A stretch of DNA of 64,000 nt from a bacterium (lineage in GTDB: Bacteria; Hydrothermota; DG-26; JAUXAN01): NCBI GenBank assembly GCA_030619885.1, contig JAUXAN010000001.1, positions 75,474 through 139,473 on the forward strand. Direction: 5' to 3'. The first letter of the stretch is position 1, and each line of letters opens with the position of its first letter. The translations under genes were made by a program, and so were the position numbers. Under the pieces are notes generated by a model that saw only the letters and a list, made by a program, of their open reading frames with translations, had not been told where the DNA came from and did no database searches. Positions 1 to 9,363 of this stretch are shown here, one piece after another.

Positions 1-1640
1 ATCAGTCTTATGCCCACAAGTTATTGACTGGCAGAAGAGAATCTTTTCACACATTGAGACAGTATGGAGGGATTTCAGGATTTCCTTCTCCATTTGAAAG
101 TAGATACGACGCATTTGGCACAGGTCATTCATCCACATCGATTTCTGCCGCACTCGGTATGGCATGCTCGAGAGATTATACACAGGACGACTACAAAATT
201 GTTGCAGTGATCGGTGATGGCGCTCTGACTGGAGGTATGTCATACGAGGCACTCAATCAGACAGGTTACCTGAAAAAAGATATTATAGTCATTTTGAACG
301 ATAACAGTATGTCCATCTCAAAAAATGTTGGTGCAATGTCAAACTACCTCAGTAAGATCATCACAAAACCCATCTATAACAGATTTAAAGATGATGTATG
401 GGAACTGTTGGGCAAACTGCCCCCAGCACTGAGTTCAAAAACAAGGGGATTGGCGAGTAAAATAACCGAAGATTTGAAAAATCTTCTTGTCCCCTCAGGT
501 CTTTTTGAAGAACTGGGTTTCAGATATTTTGGCCCTCTTGATGGTCATAACCTCGACTTACTCATAAAGACTTTTCAAAATATTAAAAGATTGAAGGGTC
601 CGATATTGTTGCATGTCCTTACAAAGAAAGGTAAGGGGCATGACCCTGCCGAGAATAATCCGAGTAAATTTCATGGGGTAGGACCGAATATGGGTAAATC
701 TCTGCCAAAGCGAGAGACCTATACGGATGTATTTGCAAAGAGTATAATTGAGCTTGCTCAAAAGGATAAAAAGATAGTTGCGATAACTGCGGCTATGCCT
801 GATGGAACAGGATTGATCGAGTTTTCTAAAAGATTTCCTGAGAGGTTTTTTGATGTTGGTATAGCCGAGCAGCACGCGGTCGCGTTCGCCGCCGGTCTTG
901 CCATTTCTGGGTATAAACCTGTGTGTGCAATATATTCGACGTTTCTCCAGCGTGCATACGACCAGGTGATCCACGATGTCTGTTTACAAAAACTACCGGT
1001 AACATTCTGCATAGATAGAGGAGGCGTTGTTGGAGAGGATGGTCCAACCCATCATGGTGCCTTCGATCTTTCCTATTTGAGACTCGTTCCAAATTTAATC
1101 ATTATGGCTCCAAAGGACAAAGATGAACTGAAAGATATGCTATTCACGGCAACAACCTATAAAGACGGACCTGTTGCAATACGATACCCAAAAGGAGAGG
1201 TGGCTGGAGAAGACTTAAAAAAGGAGAGGACAAAATTGAATATCGGCGAGGCAGAAATTCTAGTGCAGGGCAAAGATGTGTGTTTAATCGGGGTAGGAAG
1301 TATGGTCTGCGAATGTATCTCTGCAGCCTCTATGCTCAAAAAGGACGGCATATCTGTTGAGGTCATAAATATTAGATTCATTAAGCCGCTCGATAAAAAA
1401 CTTTTGAGCGGTGTGTTCAAAAGAATAAAAAGGGTTTTGACGGTTGAAGAGAATGTGCTCACAGGTGGCTTTGGCTCAGCAATAATGGAATTTCTGACAG
1501 AAGAAGAGCTCGGTGATGTCCAGCTTAAAAGAATAGGATTTCCCGACAAGTTTATTGAACATGGCCCCAGAAATTTACTTCTTGAAAAATATGGTTTGAA
1601 ATCAGAACACATTGCTCAAATCGTGAAAGAATGGATATAA
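1..1640 (+). CDS. dxs: 1-deoxy-D-xylulose-5-phosphate synthase (5'-truncated by window edge)
   Basis: GHSSTSIS, GDGALTGG TPP motif, DVGIAEQHA, DGPTHHG; frame open to window start (QSYAHKLLTGR). Confidence 0.97.
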   Translation, partial: QSYAHKLLTGRRESFHTLRQYGGISGFPSPFESRYDAFGTGHSSTSISAALGMACSRDYTQDDYKIVAVIGDGALTGGMSYEALNQTGYLKKDIIVILNDNSMSISKNVGAMSNYLSKIITKPIYNRFKDDVWELLGKLPPALSSKTRGLASKITEDLKNLLVPSGLFEELGFRYFGPLDGHNLDLLIKTFQNIKRLKGPILLHVLTKKGKGHDPAENNPSKFHGVGPNMGKSLPKRETYTDVFAKSIIELAQKDKKIVAITAAMPDGTGLIEFSKRFPERFFDVGIAEQHAVAFAAGLAISGYKPVCAIYSTFLQRAYDQVIHDVCLQKLPVTFCIDRGGVVGEDGPTHHGAFDLSYLRLVPNLIIMAPKDKDELKDMLFTATTYKDGPVAIRYPKGEVAGEDLKKERTKLNIGEAEILVQGKDVCLIGVGSMVCECISAASMLKKDGISVEVINIRFIKPLDKKLLSGVFKRIKRVLTVEENVLTGGFGSAIMEFLTEEELGDVQLKRIGFPDKFIEHGPRNLLLEKYGLKSEHIAQIVKEWI

Positions 1641-2884
1641 GAATCCCTTACGGTAAAGAAGAGAAAATAATATCGCTTGAAGATGAAAGGGTATTAAAGA
1701 TCGTTTTTCCATCTTCTGTCTCGGCCCCAGACGAATTGAAGGTCATTTCAAAGGCTATTGAAAACCCGCTTGGCTTTAAATCCTTAAAAGATTTTTTAAA
1801 GAACGGAAAGAAGGTTATTTTCATAGTCAATGATGCGACCCGTTTCACACCCACCCCGAAGGTATTAGAAGTTCTTCATGACCAACTCAATGATATTAAT
1901 ATAAAATTCCTTGTGGCTTCTGGTTCTCATCCAGAACCTACGGAAGAAGAATACAGATTCATATTTGGCAGGTTTTATGAAGAATTCAAAGAGAGAATAT
2001 TCTATCACGATGCGAAGAGATATGAGGATATGGCGTATGTTGGGACTTCAAAGAGTGGGACAGAGTATTATCTGAACCGACTGGCAGTAGAGTCGGACAG
2101 AATTATTGTTATAACCTCGGTTGCACCACATTACTTCGCAGGATTTATGGGAGGTAGAAAGTCTTTTCTGCCGGGGATCTCCTCTTATAAGACTATTGAA
2201 CAGAATCATAAACTTGCCCTAAAAGATGGGGTAGCAACCTTTGCACTAAATGGAAATCCTGTGAATGAAGATATGGAAGAAATATTGAACTTTTTACCCG
2301 CCGAAAATATATTCGCAGTTCAGATGGTTCTGAGCAGAGATAAAAAAATCGTTGATGCATCAGCTGGTGGGATTGTGGAATCTTTCAACGCTTTAGTACC
2401 GAAGGTGAAAGAGATCTATGGGATGAGAATAGAAGAGAAGGCGGAGGTGGTCTGTTCGGTCATCCGTCCTCCCCAGGACGCAACACTGTACGATTCAAGA
2501 AAGGTGATGCAAAATGGGGTCATCGCACTGAAAAACGGTGGTATTCATATTTTAGTTACAAAATGTGGAAGGGGGATTGGTCCGACATGGTTCTATGAAT
2601 TGGTATCGAGTGAGCCGACACCAGAAAGGTTGCTCGAGAAGTTGAGCACTAATTTCAAACTCGGGGACCAGAGAGAAGGTAAGTGGGCGAAGATGGTGAG
2701 CGAACACGAGATATGGTACTGTTCCGATTTAGAAGAGGGTGTATTGAGCAGTATGTTCGTAAAATCTTTTCACGACCCCCAAAAGGCCATAGATGAGGCT
2801 TTAAAGAAAAAAGGCAAGTCAGCAAAGATAGTGTTCTTGATGGATAGTAGCGAGACCGTCCCTATTCCTATTTTTGACGGATGA
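1631..2884 (+). CDS. LarA-family nickel-pincer racemase/epimerase
   Basis: NDATR, SGSH and PHYFAGFMGGRKSFLPG motifs of LarA/DUF2088 proteins. Confidence 0.85.
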   Translation: MDIRIPYGKEEKIISLEDERVLKIVFPSSVSAPDELKVISKAIENPLGFKSLKDFLKNGKKVIFIVNDATRFTPTPKVLEVLHDQLNDINIKFLVASGSHPEPTEEEYRFIFGRFYEEFKERIFYHDAKRYEDMAYVGTSKSGTEYYLNRLAVESDRIIVITSVAPHYFAGFMGGRKSFLPGISSYKTIEQNHKLALKDGVATFALNGNPVNEDMEEILNFLPAENIFAVQMVLSRDKKIVDASAGGIVESFNALVPKVKEIYGMRIEEKAEVVCSVIRPPQDATLYDSRKVMQNGVIALKNGGIHILVTKCGRGIGPTWFYELVSSEPTPERLLEKLSTNFKLGDQREGKWAKMVSEHEIWYCSDLEEGVLSSMFVKSFHDPQKAIDEALKKKGKSAKIVFLMDSSETVPIPIFDG

Positions 2885-4016
2885 AGTTGAGTGTAGCAGT
2901 TTTTGCCCACTTTTCAGATTGAACTATCTCGTCGAATGTGGGTCTGTCTACCTTTCTATGATTTTTCAATATATGAACGAGCACCTCTGGTATTTCTGTA
3001 AATGGGAGATTCCCGGTTAGAAATTGGTCCACTGCTACCTCGTCCGCAGCGTTTAGAACTGCAGGAACAGTACCACCATCCTCTACAGCACTGTAAGCAA
3101 GACCTAAACATGGGAATCTATCTGAATCGACAGATTTGAATTCTAACTTTTCTACCTCCACTAAATTACAAAATTCGACTCGAGATGGAAATCTCTCTGG
3201 AAATGTGAGCCCATACTGGATTGGCAACCTCATATCAGGCACTGACATTTGTGCCAGAATTGAACCATCTAAAAATTCTACCATCGAATGGATTATAGAC
3301 TGGGGATGTATGACAACTTTTATTTTATCTATCCCAACTCTGAAGAAGAAGTGTGTTTCTATAACTTCGAATCCCTTGTTCATAAGTGTAGCAGAATCTA
3401 CACTTATCTTCTTTCCCATCTTCCATGTAGGGTGTGACACTGCATCCCTTACACTGATAGATTTAAAATCTTCTTTGTGCACATTTATAAACGGACCCCC
3501 GGAAGCAGTCAGAATAATACTTTTTACATCTTCTACATTACGGTTGTGGAGACATTGGTGAACAGCCACGACCTCCGAATCTATCGGAAGAAGTGTGGCA
3601 TTATTTCTGGAAATTTCTTCCATCAATATCTCACCGTAAGCGACTATGGCCTCTTTATTCGCGATAGCTACCTTCTTCCCATTTTTTATCGCTTCAAGAG
3701 TCGGATATATGCCAGAAGAACCAACTATCGCATTCACCACTGTATCAAGTCGACTCTCACCAGCCAGTTCGCAGAGCCCTTCTATGCCGCGTAAAATTTT
3801 TAAATTTGGAAAATCCTTTTTTAACTCTTTATATCCTGTCTCCTCAATTATTACCACGATTTCTGGATTGAATTTCTTTATCTGTTCTCTCAGTTTCTCC
3901 ACATTTCGATTTGCAGTTAAACCATAGACCTTGAATCTATCTTTCAATGATGAAACTACATCGAGGGTCTGAGTACCTATGGAACCTGTAGAACCTAATA
4001 TTGCAATATTCTCCAT
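2868..4016 (-). CDS. dxr: DXP reductoisomerase
   Basis: ILGSTGSIG, LPIDSE, LTASGGPF, HPTWKMGKKISVDSATLMNKG; start moved to MENIAILG at 4016. Confidence 0.97.
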   Translation of the reverse strand: MENIAILGSTGSIGTQTLDVVSSLKDRFKVYGLTANRNVEKLREQIKKFNPEIVVIIEETGYKELKKDFPNLKILRGIEGLCELAGESRLDTVVNAIVGSSGIYPTLEAIKNGKKVAIANKEAIVAYGEILMEEISRNNATLLPIDSEVVAVHQCLHNRNVEDVKSIILTASGGPFINVHKEDFKSISVRDAVSHPTWKMGKKISVDSATLMNKGFEVIETHFFFRVGIDKIKVVIHPQSIIHSMVEFLDGSILAQMSVPDMRLPIQYGLTFPERFPSRVEFCNLVEVEKLEFKSVDSDRFPCLGLAYSAVEDGGTVPAVLNAADEVAVDQFLTGNLPFTEIPEVLVHILKNHRKVDRPTFDEIVQSEKWAKTATLNFIRQK

Positions 4017-4032
4017 TTTTACATTCTCAAGA

Positions 4033-4264
4033 AACCACAAGATTACATTCACCCTGCACCTATGCATAGGTGCGGGGCAGGGATATTCACAAGATTATTC
4101 TCCTTTTCTCTAATTTTCCTTTACCAAAGTTCAGAAGTAACCCAACCAGGAACCCATCTCCTAATTTGTTGTGAACTTCCATAGATGCACCTATGATTTC
4201 ATAAGTTAGGTCTTTATATAACCATTTCTCATCATCTGTGCTCATCTTGTGTTATCTCGTGGTT
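4033..4264. mobile_element. Non-autonomous GxxExxY-associated element with imperfect terminal inverted repeats
   Basis: Left AACCACAAGATTAC (4033), right ATCTGTGCTCATCTTGTGTTATCTCGTGGTT (4234-4264), enclosing the deleted GxxExxY ORF. Confidence 0.65.
4087..4245 (-). pseudogene. Internally deleted GxxExxY nuclease gene (52 aa)
   Basis: MSTDDEKWLYKDLTYEIIGASMEVHNKLGDGFL joined directly to VGLLLNFGKGKLEKRRIIL: N- and C-terminal signatures of GxxExxY proteins with the core missing; absent from the ORF track. Confidence 0.85.
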
Positions 4265-5058
4265 AAATTTGTTATAAAAAAACTTATGTAATAATAACTT
4301 ATCGGTATTGTAAATATCAGACTATCCATTCTGTCTAAAACCCCTCCATGTCCGGGCAAAATTTTAGAGGAGTCTTTAATACCCGCATCGCGTTTTAAAA
4401 GGGACTCGACGAGGTCTCCTGTTTGAGCGAGAACGGAATTGAGCACACCTAATATTATACAATGGACGAAAGGAAGCCAGGGTGCAAAGGTCAACTTTGC
4501 TACCACTCCGGCGAGGATAGAGAAAAGAATACCACCAATGGCTCCCTCCACAGACTTTCCTGTACTCACACGCAGAAAGAGTTTCTTTCTACCAAATTTA
4601 AGGCCTGTGAAGTATGCGGCTGTATCATAAACACATGTATATACCAAGGGTATAAATACGTAACTTGCACCTGACCTTCGCAGCCAGATTATTGGTCCTA
4701 AAAAGAATGCAGGATAGATGATACCGAATACCATTCCACAGATGTGAGATAGAGCACCTGATACATCCTTTGCAAGCCTGATTATTAAAACGGATAAGAA
4801 AACTAAAGTGATGATGAGGAGCAAGAATCTATCCCAGTAAAATCCTGCTCCAACAGCGAGTGCGCCAATGATACCGAGTAAGTCAAATGTTTCTGTTCCC
4901 CTTCTTTTCAATAGAGAAAAAACCTCCACAGAGCAGAAGAGGATAACCACTTCTGTAAATATGAAAAAATATACTCCGCCTGCGAGCGTGAAGATAAACA
5001 AGCAAATACCGAGGATTATTCCGGTGAGAACCCTTTTTTGAAGGTCAGACCCTTCCAA
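4252..5058 (-). CDS. cdsA: Phosphatidate cytidylyltransferase
   Basis: DTAAYFTG, GDLVESLLKRDAGIKDS, LPGHGGVLDRMDS; likely TTG start at 5058 after GAGGAG. Confidence 0.95.
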   Translation of the reverse strand: MEGSDLQKRVLTGIILGICLFIFTLAGGVYFFIFTEVVILFCSVEVFSLLKRRGTETFDLLGIIGALAVGAGFYWDRFLLLIITLVFLSVLIIRLAKDVSGALSHICGMVFGIIYPAFFLGPIIWLRRSGASYVFIPLVYTCVYDTAAYFTGLKFGRKKLFLRVSTGKSVEGAIGGILFSILAGVVAKLTFAPWLPFVHCIILGVLNSVLAQTGDLVESLLKRDAGIKDSSKILPGHGGVLDRMDSLIFTIPISYYYISFFITNLTTR

Positions 5059-5746
5059 ATCTCCTCTCTCTTTTCTGATAATCACCAATTGCCTCGAGCA
5101 GATGCCTTTTTTTAAAATCTGGCCACAGAACTTTTGTCACCCAAATTTCAGTGTAAGCGATCTGCCACAGAAGGAAATTGGAAACGCGAAATTCTCCACT
5201 CGTTCTTATCAAGAGGTCCGGATCTGGAATCTCTGGATTATATAGATAGTTTGAAAACAATTTTTCTGATAAAGTTTCCGGGTCAGTATTTTCTTTGCAT
5301 AATTTCTTAATAGCGTCGATGATTTCAGCCCTCCCTCCATAACTCAAAGCTAAAATCAAATTAAGACCTGTATTAGCGGATGTTTTTTCAATTGCTGATC
5401 TGAGTTCTTTTAAAACATAAGAAGGGAGTTGTCCTGTTCTACCGATTGTGAGTAATCTCACATTATTCTCATTGATTTCGTCTATCTCGTTTCTAATTGT
5501 TTCTTTCAAAAAATTCATAAGCATCTTTACCTCTGTTTTTGGTCTCTGCCAGTTTTCGGTTGAGAATGCATAGAGGGTGAGGTATTTCACTCCGAGTTCA
5601 CCACATGTTCTCACCACATCCCTTACCGGTTTAATGGCCGCTCTATGTCCTGCAATTCTCGGAAAATTTCGTTTCTCTGCCCATCTTCCATTACCGTCCA
5701 TTATGATAGCGATATGTTCTGGGATTGATTTAACCATCTCTTTCAT
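5045..5746 (-). CDS. uppS: Undecaprenyl diphosphate synthase
   Basis: HIAIIMDGNGRWA, YAFSTENWQRP, PDLLIRTSGEFRVSNFLLWQ; ATG at 5758 lies inside the -10 box, so 5746 is preferred. Confidence 0.96.
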   Translation of the reverse strand: MKEMVKSIPEHIAIIMDGNGRWAEKRNFPRIAGHRAAIKPVRDVVRTCGELGVKYLTLYAFSTENWQRPKTEVKMLMNFLKETIRNEIDEINENNVRLLTIGRTGQLPSYVLKELRSAIEKTSANTGLNLILALSYGGRAEIIDAIKKLCKENTDPETLSEKLFSNYLYNPEIPDPDLLIRTSGEFRVSNFLLWQIAYTEIWVTKVLWPDFKKRHLLEAIGDYQKRERRFGRV

Positions 5747-6014
5747 ACTATCTATCATATCAATACCCTATCATCGTGTCAAGAAAAAATTGCAACCTCG
5801 GAGGTGTAGAGTTCACAGGAAACTGAAGAGGAATTAAGAAAATAAGAAAATGGAAATTGTGGAAATGAACGGATAAATTTCTTAATTTCCTAATTTCTAT
5901 TTTCTTGTGTCAATCTGTGGTTGTTTTTTCCTTGACAAGGAAATTTTGAAATGTAATTTTTTATATTATATTATGAATTCACCTTTTAAAGAAATATCTT
6001 CCAACAGCAGTTAG

Positions 6015-6965
6015 ATGAGCAAAAGCACGTTCTTCATACTTCTGAATGCAATTTTGATTGTGCTGTTCTTCCTGATAGTGAGCCTTTTCAAGAACTCGTA
6101 CGAGAAAAAATTCTCAAATTTGGAAAAAACAATAAAGGAAATAGAACTATCGAAACTCGAAATAATAACCAATGATTTTGCAAAAATGTCAATCGTATCT
6201 ATGGTGGAAGATGATACGTTAATTTTTGGGGAAATTTCTGAGAGAATGAAAGAAGATTATGAGTCTATAATTTATGCCGTCGCCATAGATAGAGATAAGA
6301 AAATATGGGGGTCTTCGGGCGATGCATTACCCGAAAAATTGTCCGAATTGAAGGGGGAGAGATATCTGCTGCAGGAATGCAAATATGGTTACGAAAAAAT
6401 TTATGATGCCGCTTCACCAATAGTTTTTGGTGGAATAAAAATTGGCGAAGTTCATATCGGATTCAATAAGAAGAAATTTGAAGTAAAATATACCTCTCCT
6501 GGAATTAATATGAATATCGTTTTTGTATTCTTAATCGGAATTGTCCTTTTGAACCTCCTCATAATAGGTAGCAATTATCTATACAGAAGACGAATACATA
6601 GAGGATTGATGGCAAAAGATAAAGGATTGAAAAATAGAATAGAGCACTTGACTACCAAAATAGAGAAACTTAAAGAAGAGGATAAAAAGTACTCATTCCG
6701 ATTGGCAGAACTCGATGAGGCTGAAAGTGATTTGAAGAAAGAAATCGAAGATATTAAAAAACTTGAGGACGAAATTAAAGAAAAAGAAGCCAAAGTTGAG
6801 AAGGACACAAAAAAAATCCTGCATGAAATTGAAGATATGGAAACTAAAAAAGAGGCAAAACCCGAAGTCGAAGAATTGATTAAGGATGCAAAAGAAAGAC
6901 TCGATAAAACCCAGGATTTGAAGAACAAGTATAGTTCACTACTGGACAAATTAAAGGAAGTATAG
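6015..6965 (+). CDS. Two-TM membrane protein with extracytoplasmic sensor-like domain and C-terminal coiled coil
   Basis: Two hydrophobic helices, IYDAASPIVFGGIKIGEVHIG Cache-like strand, E/K-rich tail. Confidence 0.7.
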   Translation: MSKSTFFILLNAILIVLFFLIVSLFKNSYEKKFSNLEKTIKEIELSKLEIITNDFAKMSIVSMVEDDTLIFGEISERMKEDYESIIYAVAIDRDKKIWGSSGDALPEKLSELKGERYLLQECKYGYEKIYDAASPIVFGGIKIGEVHIGFNKKKFEVKYTSPGINMNIVFVFLIGIVLLNLLIIGSNYLYRRRIHRGLMAKDKGLKNRIEHLTTKIEKLKEEDKKYSFRLAELDEAESDLKKEIEDIKKLEDEIKEKEAKVEKDTKKILHEIEDMETKKEAKPEVEELIKDAKERLDKTQDLKNKYSSLLDKLKEV

Positions 6966-6997
6966 ATATTTTATTCCAAATTTTGTAATTCCCCAAT

Positions 6998-8200
6998 ATG
7001 TTGACAATTAAATTGATCACCATCGTTGTCATTATAGTGTTACTTTTTATTTTGAAAAAGGAATTATGGCTTTTCATGCTTTTCGCCTCGCTCATTCTAT
7101 CAATTCTTTCTGGAGTTACACCTCAAAAATTTTTTATTGGTGTTCTACATGCTTTGAGTGATATCTCGACAATAAGAATTGTTACATCTATCTATCTCAT
7201 CATAACCCTCGGCACCGTTCTTGCCGCAACCGGGTATTTCAAGAAATTGACCAATTCTTTAGACCGACTCCTGCCTGACTTGAGATTCTCAATCGTTATC
7301 CCTCCTGCTCTTCTTGGATTGCTACCTATGCCTGCAGGGGCGATGATGTCAGCACCTATGGTAAAAGAATCTGGCAAAAAATTCAACCTTTCACCTGAAG
7401 ATATGACTTTTTTCAATTACTGGTTCAGACATATCTGGGAATATTCATGGCCGCTCTATCCAGGATTGATACTAGCAGCCACACTCGTTGATCTTCCCAT
7501 TACCACATTAGCCATAAGACAGTCGCCTATGATAGTCCTCGCTGCATCATTGGGCCTTCTGTTTTTGTGTGCAAGAATCGCACAACCTGAAATCAAGTCT
7601 CTTTCAATCTCCCCGAGTGCTTTTTTAGAATTTTTCACCTCTATCTGGCCAATATTGAGTATTATCATTCTGGTTATAGTGTTAAAAATCAACCTTGTTG
7701 CTGCGCTAATTTCTGTTTTGATTTTATGCTTTGTCATCCACAAAATGAGATTCCGAATGATTTTGAAATCTTTAAAAGATGGGTTTGCACCCAAGACGCT
7801 GTTACTGATTGTATCGGTGATGGTCTTTAAAAAAATTCTGGAAATCTCAGGAATTGTAGCGCTCGTTCCTCAAATTCTGATGCGATACAGTGTACCAGTT
7901 ACAGTCCCACTTTTTCTCAGCGCTTTTTTTGCAGGTTTCGTTACAGGTATCAACTCGGCTTTTGTTGGAATATCATTCCCAATTTTTCTCTCTGTATTGA
8001 AGTCCGATATTGATTTAACATTTTTTGCTTACATATCTGGTTTCGCTGGCGTGTTACTCTCTCCTGTCCATCTCTGTTTGGTAGTGACGAAAGAGTATTA
8101 CAAAGCAAACCTTGCAAAAGTATACATCAGGCTGCTCCCTGCAGTAATTCTATTGCTCTCTTTTGGAATCTTCATAGCCTATGTAAGAGGCATAAAATGA
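6998..8200 (+). CDS. DUF401-family membrane protein
   Basis: PALLGLLPMPAGAMMSAP, NYWFRHIWEYSWPLYPG, LLSPVHLCL. Confidence 0.88.
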   Translation: MLTIKLITIVVIIVLLFILKKELWLFMLFASLILSILSGVTPQKFFIGVLHALSDISTIRIVTSIYLIITLGTVLAATGYFKKLTNSLDRLLPDLRFSIVIPPALLGLLPMPAGAMMSAPMVKESGKKFNLSPEDMTFFNYWFRHIWEYSWPLYPGLILAATLVDLPITTLAIRQSPMIVLAASLGLLFLCARIAQPEIKSLSISPSAFLEFFTSIWPILSIIILVIVLKINLVAALISVLILCFVIHKMRFRMILKSLKDGFAPKTLLLIVSVMVFKKILEISGIVALVPQILMRYSVPVTVPLFLSAFFAGFVTGINSAFVGISFPIFLSVLKSDIDLTFFAYISGFAGVLLSPVHLCLVVTKEYYKANLAKVYIRLLPAVILLLSFGIFIAYVRGIK

Positions 8201-8227
8201 AAATTGAGAACCCTGAAAAAGTTGGCT

Positions 8228-8366
8228 AACCACGAGATTACACAAGATGAACACAAGAAAAATTTCTTGACTAACTCTACAACCCTTTTTGTAATAGAAA
8301 ACATAGATTTAACTCAAAGTTATTTTTTAAAAATTAATCTGTATCTATCTGCGTTCATCTGCGGTT
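8228..8366. repeat. Empty GxxExxY-type inverted-repeat element
   Basis: AACCACGAGATTACACAAGATGAACACAAG ... ATCTGCGTTCATCTGCGGTT. Confidence 0.65.
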
Positions 8367-8450
8367 AGAATAATTTCCTGCAAAATTTTTCTTGACAAAA
8401 AGTTTAAGATATGCGAAAATAATTTTAGATCCTGTAAAAAGGAGGTAAAG

Positions 8451-8708
8451 ATGGAAGAGAAGGAAATTGGGGTAGTTGAAGACTATTTTGCTCATGTGGG
8501 TGTGCTTGCCTTAAAAATTACCAACGGAACACTGAGTACTGGTGACATCATTCATATCAAAGGGCATACAACGGATTTTACACAGAAGATAGAATCAATG
8601 GAGATAGAACATGAAGCTATAGAAAAAGCAAATGTTGGTGATTCTGTTGGTATCAAAGTATCGGAGAGGGTAAGAAGACACGACAAGGTCTATAAGGTAA
8701 TAGAGTAA
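8451..8708 (+). CDS. Small translation-elongation-factor-like (EF-Tu domain 2-like) protein
   Basis: EIGVVEDYFAHVGV...GDIIHIKGHTTDFTQKIESMEI...GDSVGIKV; AGGAGG RBS. Confidence 0.85.
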   Translation: MEEKEIGVVEDYFAHVGVLALKITNGTLSTGDIIHIKGHTTDFTQKIESMEIEHEAIEKANVGDSVGIKVSERVRRHDKVYKVIE

Positions 8709-8774
8709 AATTAGGCCAAACGCGTTTGGTAATGTCAAAAATGTTGTGAAAGAAACCACAGGGGAGGGGAAATT

Positions 8775-9299
8775 ATGGGTTCTCAAAAAGAAGTTTTAAA
8801 GACTGTGGCAGAGTTGATGGAACTTTCTGCACGCACCGCACCAAAGAGTGCAGGCAGAGATTTTATCGTCACAAAAATAGTTCACACCGAAGAAGTCTCT
8901 AAATTGGGTGATGAGATGGTTAAATATGGGAAAGAGACGGGAAAGAAAAATTTTGACAGGGATGGCATGAATGTTAAAAATTCTGATTGCGTTCTGCTCA
9001 TAGGCTTAAAAGATGCCGACACTCTCGGTTTAAACTGTGGTGGGTGTGGGAGTGAAAGATGTGAAGAGTTAGAACCGAAAGAGATGAAAGAGTTCAAGGG
9101 GCCCCAGTGTGCATTGCGGTTGTTAGATCTGGGGATAGCGATTGGTTCTGCTGTGAAGACTGCGAGCATTCTGAATGTGGATAATCGAATAATGTACAGA
9201 GCAGGGGTAGTTGCGAGGAAGATGGGTCTCATTGACGCCGATGTGGTGATGGGAATCCCCATCTCCGCTACAGGGAAAAGCATATATTTCGATAGATAG
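8775..9299 (+). CDS. DUF2148 ferredoxin-domain (nitroreductase-like) protein
   Basis: ARTAPKSAG, CGGCG..C, GPQC, DLGIAIGSA, VDNRIMY. Confidence 0.88.
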   Translation: MGSQKEVLKTVAELMELSARTAPKSAGRDFIVTKIVHTEEVSKLGDEMVKYGKETGKKNFDRDGMNVKNSDCVLLIGLKDADTLGLNCGGCGSERCEELEPKEMKEFKGPQCALRLLDLGIAIGSAVKTASILNVDNRIMYRAGVVARKMGLIDADVVMGIPISATGKSIYFDR

Positions 9300-9363
9300 A
9301 TTTATATAAAAAGTGTTCAGGTCTTGATTTTTGAATTTTCGCCAAAAGGAAGAATAAGTCGAG

